Assembly: GCA_965261085.1 (NCBI GenBank) | Contig: OZ253442.1 | Coordinates: forward strand, 768,001-832,000 | DNA: 64,000 nucleotides | From: a bacterium | GTDB lineage: Bacteria > UBA8248 | Reading direction: 5' to 3' | Shown here: positions 1-10,125 of the stretch, piece by piece | Position numbering within the stretch: position 1 is the stretch's first letter | Layout of the letters: each line of letters opens with the position of its first letter | Program-made: the position numbers and the translations under genes | Notes under the pieces: generated by a model | Databases searched by the model: none | Told to the model about the DNA's origin: nothing | Seen by the model: only the letters and a program-made list of their open reading frames with translations

Positions 1-241
1 TCAGCCCGTGTTTCTGGATGTATTTCACGTCCCTCGCCGCGCGGATGACGGCGGCCGAAAGCCTCGCCTTGTAGCAGAGGATGGCGTCGGCCTCGGGCGC
101 GAGCGCCAGCAGGGCGTCCTCTCCTGCGGCCTCGGGGGCCGTGATCGTAAAAGGAGCGGCGGCTGGGTTCTCCCGCACCCTTTTCAGGAAATGACCCGAC
201 GTCCCGTCGTCCGTGACGAGCAGGCGGATTTTATCGCTCAT
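1..241 (-). CDS. D-isomer-specific 2-hydroxyacid dehydrogenase, N-terminal part (runs off the window)
   Basis: Manual translation from ATG 241 (AAGGAG RBS): MSDKIRLLVTDD...LAPEADAILCYKARLSAAVIRAARDVKYIQKHG, typical of the 2-Hacid_dh catalytic domain. Confidence 0.75.
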   Translation of the reverse strand, partial: MSDKIRLLVTDDGTSGHFLKRVRENPAAAPFTITAPEAAGEDALLALAPEADAILCYKARLSAAVIRAARDVKYIQKHGL

Positions 242-420
242 GTGCTCTCCTTGCGCGCTTGATGAGATGAAGGAACGAGGTGATTCTTACCATATTCGGG
301 GCGGGGGTCGCTATGGGGGGGGCCGTCATACGCGCGCTCGCAAAACCCGCTTGAATCGAAGATGGGGGGTGTTCTAGGCTGTGGCTCCCGCCCGGGTGAG
401 AACGAAACCAAGGGATACCC

Positions 421-1902
421 ATGTCGACGCTAAACTGGTTGAAAAATTCAAAAACCGTGGTCGCTTTTCTTTCTCTCCCGCTTATGGTTCGTTTTCTTGT
501 TGTTTTGCTGGCCGTATTCCTGGCGGCTTTTGCAGGCGTCATGTTCTCTACGTGCATCCAAGGTTTGGTCGGCGGATTTCTCGGTTTACCCGAGAAAAAC
601 GAAATTCTGAAATTCCTGGGGATCGGCATGGGCGGCGTCCTGCTCGCCATCCAGGCTGTAATGTCCTACATGCGCGCCAAGGCGATGGAGGGCGCGGCGA
701 AAGCGCAGGCCGGAGCTACGAAGCAACAGGCCAAGGCCAACGAGAACGCCGAGAAGGGGCTGCGGCAGGAGCGCCTGAAAAACGCTATCGAACACTTGGG
801 TCACGAATCGGACTCCGTGCGCCTGGGCGGAGCCTACGAACTCTTCCATCTGGCGCAAGATACCGAGAGTCTTCGTCAAACAGCGTTGGATATTCTCTGC
901 GCCCATATCCGCCGAACGACGGGCGAGGCCGAATATCGGGCAAAGCAAAAGTCAAAACCTTCGGAGGAAATCCAAAGTCTGCTGACGCTCCTTTTCGTGC
1001 AGGAGCATGAAATCTTCAAAGGTCTTCACATCAACTTGCAGGGTAGTTGCTTGAATGGGGCCAATCTCGAAAAAGCGCGTTTGCGAGGGGCCATCCTAGA
1101 CAAAACTTACCTGCAAAGGGCTGATCTTTGTGAGGCACAACTGCAAGGGGCTTCTCTTTGGCGGGCGCAGTTACAAGGGGTGCGTCTGACCGTGGCAAGA
1201 TTACAAGAGGCTGTTCTACTCAATGCTCATTTGTGGGGGGCCGATCTCAAGGGAGCGCAACTGCACCGGGCTAATCTCGGTGGGGCGCGGCTGCAAGGAG
1301 TTGATCTTTCTTGGGCGCGCCTGTACGGAGCTACTCTTTTTGCGAATGTAATCAACGGGCAGCCGGAAAATGGGACGCAGTTTCAAGGGGCTATTCTTAC
1401 CGAAGCGCGGTTGCACGGGGCAGATCTTCACAAGGCGCTATTACAAGGAGTGGTCAGTAGTGGGCCGAAACCTTCCGGTGGGTTTGCAGAACGCATGATG
1501 GGGTCAATCAGTCGGGATACTGATCTATCTGGTGTGATTTTTTCGGGTGGGCTAAGCCAGGAAGATGTGGACTCCCTTGTCGAGGGCTTATACGATGAAG
1601 GAGCAAAGAGGTTGCGAGAAAAATTGACGCCCCACATCGACAAACCGGAAAGCCATGAACTACCGAAATACAGCGGAGCCATTACCGGAGCTTACACTGC
1701 AGCAGAAGCCGAGGAATGGATCGCGAGTATGAAAGGGCGATGTCGATGGCCGACTAAAGCGCCATTAAAAAATCACGCACTTCTTCAAAAGCATCGTCAT
1801 CGAGATTCCAGACGCCTTGTTGCGCCGCCACGCCGACGGAGTGATGTGGATTGGGCGTCGTCGTCAAAAAAGCGAAAGCGCGCGCTTTATCCGGGTTTTT
1901 AA
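421..1902 (+). CDS. Membrane-anchored pentapeptide-repeat protein (true stop probably 1757; 1-nt frameshift near 1725)
   Basis: N-terminal hydrophobic helices, QERLKNAIEHLG...VRLGGAYEL segment, many A(D/Q)LxG pentapeptides. Confidence 0.85.
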   Translation: MSTLNWLKNSKTVVAFLSLPLMVRFLVVLLAVFLAAFAGVMFSTCIQGLVGGFLGLPEKNEILKFLGIGMGGVLLAIQAVMSYMRAKAMEGAAKAQAGATKQQAKANENAEKGLRQERLKNAIEHLGHESDSVRLGGAYELFHLAQDTESLRQTALDILCAHIRRTTGEAEYRAKQKSKPSEEIQSLLTLLFVQEHEIFKGLHINLQGSCLNGANLEKARLRGAILDKTYLQRADLCEAQLQGASLWRAQLQGVRLTVARLQEAVLLNAHLWGADLKGAQLHRANLGGARLQGVDLSWARLYGATLFANVINGQPENGTQFQGAILTEARLHGADLHKALLQGVVSSGPKPSGGFAERMMGSISRDTDLSGVIFSGGLSQEDVDSLVEGLYDEGAKRLREKLTPHIDKPESHELPKYSGAITGAYTAAEAEEWIASMKGRCRWPTKAPLKNHALLQKHRHRDSRRLVAPPRRRSDVDWASSSKKRKRALYPGF

Positions 1903-2362
1903 TGGAAGTGTTCGGCGAAGCCTCCGCGCACGCAAAGAAATCGTCGATGCAACGGTCCACTTCCGAACCTTCAAATGTTCGACAAAGGAGCGTTTCGAGC
2001 ATCCCCGGAGAACTCTCATCGGGCAGGATGAGCACGCATACATCCGGGTTCCCGCTTTGCCGTACTCCGGCATTGGTAGGAACGGGCAGATTCACCTTCC
2101 CAAGTGATCCCTGAACGCTCTGGAACGTCGCCTGCGCGGACCCTTCTGCGTCGCGTACGATGCCGAGGCTCGTGATGGAATCAAAATTCGGCGCCTTCAC
2201 GAACGCCGGCAGAAAGACTCTCAACTCGTCTCCGCCCCCGTAATCCTGTATCTGAATATCTGGAAGCGAGAGATGCCTGATGAGCGCCTCAAAGAAGTTT
2301 CGTTGATCGTTGCCCTCGACGAGGAGTTGCTTCGGCCTTTCAATCCGCCCCGGCTGCGCCAT
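1754..2362 (-). CDS. DUF3226-like (TOPRIM-type) protein
   Basis: LLVEGNDQ, GIVRDAE, PGMLETL, KNPDKA motifs; starts 2 nt after the ATPase stop. Confidence 0.75.
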   Translation of the reverse strand: MAQPGRIERPKQLLVEGNDQRNFFEALIRHLSLPDIQIQDYGGGDELRVFLPAFVKAPNFDSITSLGIVRDAEGSAQATFQSVQGSLGKVNLPVPTNAGVRQSGNPDVCVLILPDESSPGMLETLLCRTFEGSEVDRCIDDFFACAEASPNTSIKNPDKARAFAFLTTTPNPHHSVGVAAQQGVWNLDDDAFEEVRDFLMAL

Positions 2363-2364
2363 GT

Positions 2365-3432
2365 TCAGCGCATCTCGAGATTGTATTTGAACGTCGCCTC
2401 GATTTCGTCGGGTCCAAGAGTGACACAGCGTATCGCTCCGTCGATGTTCTCGAGCCGGTGAACGAGAAAGTCCTCGGCACCGAGAGATTGATGAGCCGCT
2501 TCCATACACTCGAAACTATGCGTCGATGCGACAACTTGCGTGTTGAACTGTCTGGCTGCTTCATCAATCGCTCCCCAGACTTTACTCAACGCGGAGTGAT
2601 GGAGGCCGTTTTCCACCTCATCCACCAGAACGACGCCGCCCGGTGCGTCGGAAATAGCCAGGACCAGCCGTGCTATGCGCGTCATGCCCTCACCCATCAT
2701 CGGAAGCGGCACCAGTTCGGGTAGACCGATATCACCCCAAATCATGGGAACGCCGGATGCGGAATTGACTTCGACACTTTGCAGTCTCGATTCGACAATT
2801 CGCAGCGCGCTCACCACGAGTTCACCCTGTTTCTGTTGCCGAAGCTGACCGAGGCGCATGGCGTCTTCTTGAAGATTCCCGGTGCGCGATGAAACGAACA
2901 CGGCCCGAAACGGCAGACTCGAAGTAGATACAGAAGACGTTTCGATCTGAAAATTCTTCCCTGCCAAGCGTATCCAACCATCCATCCATTCTTCCCCTGA
3001 ACCTTTTTTGAACGAAAATCTAAGCGAGCTTTTGTTCAAAAATTCCGCCTCCAAAGTGCGACTGAGGTTATCAACAGGCACCTCAACTTTGGTCAACCGC
3101 TCATGCTCGGTGGCAATGTTCAGAGTCAAAGGACCGCATGACTCGTGAAACCCTTCAATCTGCACAATCCTCGCTATATCGAAATCCGTGAATATCGGCT
3201 TCCAGAATGTTTCCCAAACCGCCAATCCTTCTTCAAAGTCGATTCCACGAAACCTGTTGGCGTTCAACGCTACTTGAGGGTTTCCAGCAGCACTGCAAAG
3301 AAGGAAAAGCGCTTCGAGCAGACTCGTCTTGCCGGAATTGTTCTTCCCGGTGACGAGGTTGATTCGCCCCAGCCGAGGAATCTCCAAATCCCCAAACGCG
3401 CGAAAATTCCGTATCCGCAAGTTCTTGAACAT
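2365..3432 (-). CDS. AAA_15/AAA_21-type (ABC-fold) ATPase
   Basis: IRNFRAF, Walker A GKNNSGKT, signature GEGM, Walker B VVLVDEVENGLH, STHS. Confidence 0.9.
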   Translation of the reverse strand: MFKNLRIRNFRAFGDLEIPRLGRINLVTGKNNSGKTSLLEALFLLCSAAGNPQVALNANRFRGIDFEEGLAVWETFWKPIFTDFDIARIVQIEGFHESCGPLTLNIATEHERLTKVEVPVDNLSRTLEAEFLNKSSLRFSFKKGSGEEWMDGWIRLAGKNFQIETSSVSTSSLPFRAVFVSSRTGNLQEDAMRLGQLRQQKQGELVVSALRIVESRLQSVEVNSASGVPMIWGDIGLPELVPLPMMGEGMTRIARLVLAISDAPGGVVLVDEVENGLHHSALSKVWGAIDEAARQFNTQVVASTHSFECMEAAHQSLGAEDFLVHRLENIDGAIRCVTLGPDEIEATFKYNLEMR

Positions 3433-4045
3433 CGTCCCGGCTCCTAGGTAGTGATGCCTATGAAACGCAAACCGCTTCGATCATATTCTGTGCAATCACG
3501 GCATCGATATTCCAAGGCTAGCACAACTCGCCCCGCCTTCTAAAGAGGCTCGACTTTGAACCGGTGCAACCTATCTTTGATCGTTGACAAGTTCATACCA
3601 TCACCGACCCAACTCATGGTGAAGCGGGGTTTCACCTTATCATTCTCGAATTATCTACTAGTGATCACGCTAAGCTAGGACACCAAACCTCCCCGCATAT
3701 TCCGTCCTCGCGTTTTGGTAATGAGAATCCGATGGACTGTTCATCGTTGCGGAAAAGAAGGTTGGCGAGAAGGACATGCGCGCGCAGTTGATGGAGAAAA
3801 TCGGCGCGGCGTGAAGATGATTGAGGCGGCCATCGCAAGGGTGTGGGGAGAGGACGCCTGACCCCATCTTCTCCGCGTTTTTTTCAGCTTGTTTCACGAT
3901 ACATCGTGGATATTTCTCCTTTGGTCGGGATTGTTTTCTTCACCCGCAAAGTCTCTGGATACCGGATTAAAGGGTTCCGGCATGACGGGCGAAATCAAGC
4001 GCGCAGGCAATCCCTCCTTCCTCAGTCGGCAAACGCTCGCTCCTC

Positions 4046-5567
4046 GGGGTTGTTGAAAAACCCCTGACTCTATGCTTGGATGTATGGATATTACGCGCCC
4101 GAGAAGGGAATATCCGCGATGTTGGGACGCAAGAACCGCGCCCAGATGGATTTGTTCATCACCGGTTCGCTGGAGAGGTTGATTCCCGAGGATCACATAT
4201 TGGCCCGCGTGAACCGCGTTCTGGACCTGAGTTGGCTGCGCGAGGAAGTGGCGGATTGTTATTGCGCGGACAACGGCCGTCCTGGGATCGACCCCGAAGT
4301 GGCGGTTCGGTTGATGTTGGCGGGCCTTCTGCTGGGGTTCGTGCACGACCGTCGGTTGATGCGCGAGGCGCAGGTGAACATCGCGATCCGGTGGTTCATC
4401 GGTTACGGGCTGGAGGATCGGCTGCCGGATCATTCGAGCCTGACGCGGATACGGCAGCGCTGGGGGGAGGCCCGGTTCCGGGAGATATTCCGCCGCACGG
4501 TCCGTGCGTGCCTGGATGCGAAGGTGGCCAAGGCCGAAGTCGTGCACGTGGACGCCTCATTGATCCGCGCGGACGTGAGTTGGGAGAGTCTGGTGGAGCG
4601 TCACGTGGACGAGGTGATAGCGGAGAACCCCGTCGAGGAGGAGGCCGGGAAGAAGGGTGGAGGAGGCCGCCGTGGCGGGGGTTCCGGGAAGGTGAGCCGG
4701 ACGGACCCGGACGCGCGGCTGGCGAGAACGGGCGGGGGATTCGAGCCGAGCTACAAGCAGCACGCTGTGGTGGACGACACGCGCGGGGTGGTGCTCGACG
4801 TATCGGTGACGGAGGGTACGGTGAACGAGCGTGAGGTGCTCGAATCGCAGGTGGAAGCGGTATGCGAGGTATCGGGGCGCGCGCCCGCGATGGTGACGGC
4901 GGACTCTGGCTACGCCTACTCGAAGGTCTACGCGGCCCTGGAGCGCCGGGGTGTGGCCGCGCTCATTCCGGCGAAGAGGGAACCCTCGCAGAGCCGTGTT
5001 CCGTTGCGCCTGTTCCGCTACGACGCGCGGCACGACATCGTGAAGTGTCCGCGCGGCAAGATACTGAGCCCCCGTCGGCCCGCAAAGGGGGGGCGTTATT
5101 ATCGTTCGAAGACCCGTGATTGCGCGGGCTGCGCGCTTCGCGAGGATTGCCTGCCGAAGGCGTGGTCGAGCAAGGTGGTGTTGGTTCCGCATGCGTATCC
5201 GGCGCTGTTGCGCGCGCGCCGGCGCCATGCGCGATGGAGGGAGGAGGAGCGGCGGATGTACCGGCGTCATATGTGGCGCTCGGAGGGCTACCACGGCGAG
5301 GCGAAGACCTGGCACGGGCTTGCGCGCGCGGTGCGGCGCGGTCTTGAGAACATGAAGATACAGTCCTACCTGACGGCGGCGGCGATCAACCTCAAGCGGC
5401 TCTCCGCCGCACTTGCTGCAAGGTTATTCGCCCTCTGGAGGGCCTGGTCGGCCCGGGAAGAGCCTCTGTGCGTCCATCGCGGCCTCGCAAGCTGCGCGGG
5501 CTTCCTGTCCGCCGCCGCGTGACCCTCCATACCGCCCGCTCCCGAAACCGGGTTATTCAACAACCCC
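4046..5567 (+). mobile_element. IS1182-family insertion sequence, copy 1 (1522 bp)
   Basis: IRs GGGGTTGTTGAAAAACCC / GGGTTATTCAACAACCCC (17 of 18 match); TCCTC duplicated on both flanks. Confidence 0.93.
4119..5522 (+). CDS. IS1182-family DDE transposase
   Basis: GRPGIDP, LPDHSSLTRIR, HVDAS, TADSGY, Cys-rich segment, RRGLENM; upstream in-frame start at 4080 possible. Confidence 0.93.
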   Translation: MLGRKNRAQMDLFITGSLERLIPEDHILARVNRVLDLSWLREEVADCYCADNGRPGIDPEVAVRLMLAGLLLGFVHDRRLMREAQVNIAIRWFIGYGLEDRLPDHSSLTRIRQRWGEARFREIFRRTVRACLDAKVAKAEVVHVDASLIRADVSWESLVERHVDEVIAENPVEEEAGKKGGGGRRGGGSGKVSRTDPDARLARTGGGFEPSYKQHAVVDDTRGVVLDVSVTEGTVNEREVLESQVEAVCEVSGRAPAMVTADSGYAYSKVYAALERRGVAALIPAKREPSQSRVPLRLFRYDARHDIVKCPRGKILSPRRPAKGGRYYRSKTRDCAGCALREDCLPKAWSSKVVLVPHAYPALLRARRRHARWREEERRMYRRHMWRSEGYHGEAKTWHGLARAVRRGLENMKIQSYLTAAAINLKRLSAALAARLFALWRAWSAREEPLCVHRGLASCAGFLSAAA

Positions 5568-5917
5568 TCCTCACTCGCGTTTGACCCCCCACCGGCTCGC
5601 TTATGGGCTTGCGCCCTCGTCTTACCGACAATCCCTCATTCTTCAATCGGCAAACGCTCGCTCCTCACTCGGAAACCGCAATCGCTCCTTCATCAGTCGT
5701 GATTGATCTCAAGGGGGGAGTAATCTTGAATCACCTCAAGGAGGGAGTTATGACCCGCGCAATTGCCGCTGTCGCTCTCCGGTCGGTATGAGCGAGAATC
5801 CCGCGCGCGAATGGGAGTTTTCTCATCGATGAGAGGAGGGGAGAAAATGAAACGGTCGATTCGGCTCGGGCGGTGTGATCTTCCCATCTTCTGGGAAATC
5901 GCAAACGCTCGCTCCTC

Positions 5918-7439
5918 GGGGTTGTTGAATAACCCGGTTTCGGGAGCGGGCGGTATGGAGGGTCACGCGGCGGCGGACAGGAAGCCCACGCAGCTTGCGA
6001 GGCCGCGATGGACGCACAGAGGCTCTTCCCGGGCCGACCAGGCCCTCCAGAGGGCGAATAACCTTGCAGCAAGTGCGGCGGAGAGCCGCTTGAGGTTGAT
6101 CGCCGCCGCCGTCAGGTAGGACTGTATCTTCATGTTCTCAAGACCGCGCCGCACCGCGCGCGCAAGCCCGTGCCAGGTCTTCGCCTCGCCGTGGTAGCCC
6201 TCCGAGCGCCACATATGACGCCGGTACATCCGCCGCTCCTCCTCCCTCCATCGCGCATGGCGCCGGCGCGCGCGCAACAGCGCCGGATACGCATGCGGAA
6301 CCAACACCACCTTGCTCGACCACGCCTTCGGCAGGCAATCCTCGCGAAGCGCGCAGCCCGCGCAATCACGGGTCTTCGAACGATAATAACGCCCCCCCTT
6401 TGCGGGCCGACGGGGGCTCAGTATCTTGCCGCGCGGACACTTCACGATGTCGTGCCGCGCGTCGTAGCGGAACAGGCGCAACGGAACACGGCTCTGCGAG
6501 GGTTCCCTCTTCGCCGGAATGAGCGCGGCCACACCCCGGCGCTCCAGGGCCGCGTAGACCTTCGAGTAGGCGTAGCCAGAGTCCGCCGTCACCATCGCGG
6601 GCGCGCGCCCCGATACCTCGCATACCGCTTCCACCTGCGATTCGAGCACCTCACGCTCGTTCACCGTACCCTCCGTCACCGATACGTCGAGCACCACCCC
6701 GCGCGTGTCGTCCACCACAGCGTGCTGCTTGTAGCTCGGCTCGAATCCCCCGCCCGTTCTCGCCAGCCGCGCGTCCGGGTCCGTCCGGCTCACCTTCCCG
6801 GAACCCCCGCCACGGCGGCCTCCTCCACCCTTCTTCCCGGCCTCCTCCTCGACGGGGTTCTCCGCTATCACCTCGTCCACGTGACGCTCCACCAGACTCT
6901 CCCAACTCACGTCCGCGCGGATCAATGAGGCGTCCACGTGCACGACTTCGGCCTTGGCCACCTTCGCATCCAGGCACGCACGGACCGTGCGGCGGAATAT
7001 CTCCCGGAACCGGGCCTCCCCCCAGCGCTGCCGTATCCGCGTCAGGCTCGAATGATCCGGCAGCCGATCCTCCAGCCCGTAACCGATGAACCACCGGATC
7101 GCGATGTTCACCTGCGCCTCGCGCATCAACCGACGGTCGTGCACGAACCCCAGCAGAAGGCCCGCCAACATCAACCGAACCGCCACTTCGGGGTCGATCC
7201 CAGGACGGCCGTTGTCCGCGCAATAACAATCCGCCACTTCCTCGCGCAGCCAACTCAGGTCCAGAACGCGGTTCACGCGGGCCAATATGTGATCCTCGGG
7301 AATCAACCTCTCCAGCGAACCGGTGATGAACAAATCCATCTGGGCGCGGTTCTTGCGTCCCAACATCGCGGATATTCCCTTCTCGGGCGCGTAATATCCA
7401 TACATCCAAGCATAGAGTCAGGGGTTTTTCAACAACCCC
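5918..7439 (-). mobile_element. IS1182-family insertion sequence, copy 2 (1522 bp, inverted relative to copy 1)
   Basis: Same IRs; transposase differs from copy 1 at one residue (SCVG vs SCAG). Confidence 0.93.
5963..7366 (-). CDS. IS1182-family DDE transposase
   Basis: Near-identical to the copy 1 protein. Confidence 0.93.
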   Translation of the reverse strand: MLGRKNRAQMDLFITGSLERLIPEDHILARVNRVLDLSWLREEVADCYCADNGRPGIDPEVAVRLMLAGLLLGFVHDRRLMREAQVNIAIRWFIGYGLEDRLPDHSSLTRIRQRWGEARFREIFRRTVRACLDAKVAKAEVVHVDASLIRADVSWESLVERHVDEVIAENPVEEEAGKKGGGGRRGGGSGKVSRTDPDARLARTGGGFEPSYKQHAVVDDTRGVVLDVSVTEGTVNEREVLESQVEAVCEVSGRAPAMVTADSGYAYSKVYAALERRGVAALIPAKREPSQSRVPLRLFRYDARHDIVKCPRGKILSPRRPAKGGRYYRSKTRDCAGCALREDCLPKAWSSKVVLVPHAYPALLRARRRHARWREEERRMYRRHMWRSEGYHGEAKTWHGLARAVRRGLENMKIQSYLTAAAINLKRLSAALAARLFALWRAWSAREEPLCVHRGLASCVGFLSAAA

Positions 7440-7518
7440 GATGAGGGAGGGATTGATCAATCTGAACGCCTCGTAGGGGAGAACCTGTGTGTTCTCCCTG
7501 TTGGTTTTGGATGCGTCT

Positions 7519-7935
7519 TTACGGATGCGCCCCATTTGTCAGCATCAAAATCCCCGCGATGCGTCTTGCCGTGTCCATGAAGTGCTGGACTTCTTCCGGC
7601 TTCAAGGGGCATTTGAGGATGGCCTGTTCGCGGTAGGAGAGCCATTTCTTCAAGACCTGATAGCTGCCTAGCTTGTAGTTCCAGACGGCGGCGGGGATGC
7701 ACCGCCACAAGGCTCGCTCGTTCAGATATACGTCGAAAGCCTTAGCCCAAGCACGGGCAGCGCATCGCCGAGAGCGGCGCGTTCTGCTTCCGTATAGGCC
7801 CGCTCGACGGCGTGGCCTCCGCCAGGCATCACGGCGTCCCCCGCTCCATAATGTCCCCAGCCCGCCGTTACGGCGAAATCATCGCTCATCATCTGGTTTC
7901 CGGCTGTCGTAGAAGGAACGCCTATGACGGCGCGG
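7519..7935 (-). pseudogene. C-terminal fragment of a type ISP-like restriction-modification enzyme / N6 DNA methylase, frameshifted
   Basis: Two frames give DFAVTAGWGHYGAGDAVMPG...AFDVYLNERALWRCIPAAVWNYKLGSYQVLKKWLSYRE...DTARRIAGIL; frameshift near 7745; no 5' part. Confidence 0.7.
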
Positions 7936-9383
7936 GTGAGCGAGATAGACATGCAGCCGGCGTTTCCGGGCGACGCGGGCCGTCCAGAGGGCGAATAACC
8001 TTGCCGCTAGAGCGGCGGCGAGCCGCTTGAGGTTGATCGCCGCCGCCGTCAGGTAGGACTGTATCTTCATGTTCTCAAGTCCCCGCCGCACCGCGCGCGC
8101 CAGTCCGTGCCAGGTCTTCGCCTCGCCGTGATAGCCCTCCGAACGCCACATATGGCGCCGGTACATCCGCCGCTCCTCCTCGCCCCATCGCGCATGGCGC
8201 CGGCGCGCGCGCAACAGCGCCGGATACGCATGCGGAACCAACACCACCTTGCTCGACCACGCCTTCGGCAGGCAATCCTCGCGAAGCGCGCAGCCCGCGC
8301 AATCACGCGTCCTCGAACGATAGTAGCGCCCCCGCTCCGTGTCCCGCCGGGGGCTCAGTGTCTTGCCGCGCGGACACTTCACGATGTTGTTCCGCGCGTC
8401 GTAGCGGAACAGGCGCAAGGGAACCCGGCTCTGCGAGGGTTCTTTCTTCGCCGGGATGAGCGCGGCGACGCCTCTGCGCTCCAGAGCCCCGTAGACCTTC
8501 GAGTAGGCGTAGCCCGAGTCCGCCGTCACCATCGCGGGCGCGCGCCCCGATACCTCGCATACCGCTTCCACCTGCGATTCGATCACCTCCCGCTCGTTCA
8601 CCGTACCATCCGTCACCGAAACGTCGAGCACAACGCCTCTCGCGTCGTCCACCGCCGCGTGCTGCTTGTAGCTCGGCTCGAATCCCCCGCGCCCGCCTGA
8701 TCTCGCAAGGCGCGCGTCCGGGTCCGTTCGGCTCACCTTCCCCGAACCCCCGCCCCGGCGGCCTCCTCCACCCTTCTTCCCGGCCTCCTCCTCCAAGGGG
8801 TTCTCCGCCATCACCTCGTCCACGTGACGCTCCACCAGACTCTCCCAACTCACGTCCGCGCGGATCAATGAGGCGTCCACGTGCACGACTTCGGCCTTGG
8901 CCACCTTCGCATCCAGGCACGCACGGACCGTGCGGCGGAATATCTCCCGGAACCGGGCCTCCCCCCAGCGCTGCCGTATCCGCGTCAGGCTCGAATGGTC
9001 CGGCAGCCGATCCTCCAGCCCGTAACCGATGAACCACCGGATCGCGAGGTTCACCTGCGCCTCGCGCATCAACCGACGGTCGTGCACGAACCCCAGCAGA
9101 AGGCCCGCCAGCATCAGGCGAACCGCCACCTCCGGGTCGACCCCCGGACGACCGTTGTCCGCGCAATAGCAGTCCGCCACCTCCTCGCGCAGCCAACTCA
9201 GGTCTAAAACGCGGTTCACGCGGGCCAGGATGTGATCTTCGGGAATCAACCTCTCCAGCGATCCGGTGATGAACAAATCCATCTGGGCGCGGTTCTTGCG
9301 TCCCAACATCTCGGGACCTCCCCATCTCGGGCGCGTAATATCCATACATCCAATCATAGAGTCAGGGGTTTTTCAACAACCCC
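7936..9383 (-). mobile_element. IS1182-family element copy 3, divergent isoform lacking its right IR (transposase ORF 7879-9309 reads into the R-M fragment)
   Basis: Left IR at 9366-9383; protein has substitutions and a different C-terminus; no right IR found; left boundary approximate. Confidence 0.85.
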
Positions 9384-9528
9384 TCCTCGCTCGCGTTTGA
9401 CCTTTCGGGGCGTAGGGAATTCCTGAAAATATCGATAAATTCACGGGGTTTTTCGATAAATAAATGAAAGTGTAATGCAGGTGTAAGTAGTTGAATTATA
9501 AAGATATATTTCGCAGTATCCCTCTCGA

Positions 9529-9557
9529 TTGACACGCTGGGCGCCCCTCTCTAGTAT
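9529..9557 (+). promoter_or_regulatory. Putative sigma70 promoter for cytochrome c'
   Basis: TTGACA-17 nt-TAGTAT. Confidence 0.5.
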
Positions 9558-9608
9558 GGGGGAATACTCTTGGGAAGAGGCTCTTTAGGCCGCCGATGAG
9601 GAGTGGAT

Positions 9609-10085
9609 ATGCGAATCGGGAAATGGTTGTGCGCGCTGGCTTGTGTGGTCGTATTGGTGGTGTTTCTTCTCCCCTCATTTTCCGCCGGTGAGGATGAGCA
9701 GACGCTGCGCGGCGTGCAAAGGGTGCGCGTGCGAACGATGAAGAGCATCAGCCGCGCGATGCGCCGCATCAAGGTCTATTCGAAGAAGGCGAACTACAAG
9801 CGCGTCACGTCGGCGGCGGAGGAAATCGCGCTGCTCTCGTCGGCGATTCCGTACCTGAGCCCCAAGGGGAGTAATCTCGGCAAGACGCGGATCAAGGATG
9901 AAGTGTGGAGCCGGTTCGATGATTATACGAAAATGGCCAGGGCTTCGGCTCAAATCGCGAGAGACGTCGTGAAAGCGGCGGGGGCTGCGGATAAAGCCGC
10001 CGTGCTGAAGACGTTCTCCGCCTTGTCGGAGAGTTGCACGCAGTGCCACAAGCCGTACCGGAAGAAAAAGAGAAGAAGCAGATAA
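9609..10085 (+). CDS. Cytochrome c' (class II cytochrome c)
   Basis: Signal peptide; single C-terminal CTQCH heme motif followed by KPYR; T-x-I-K-x-E-V-W segment. Confidence 0.85.
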   Translation: MRIGKWLCALACVVVLVVFLLPSFSAGEDEQTLRGVQRVRVRTMKSISRAMRRIKVYSKKANYKRVTSAAEEIALLSSAIPYLSPKGSNLGKTRIKDEVWSRFDDYTKMARASAQIARDVVKAAGAADKAAVLKTFSALSESCTQCHKPYRKKKRRSR

Positions 10086-10125
10086 ATCACAGCCGTTCCG
10101 CACATATATTCGAGGACGCGCATCA

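Noticed and set aside
3730-3815. Protein-like tail GLFIVAEKKVGEKDMRAQLMEKIGAA*
   Set aside because: Too short, no start, family not recognisable
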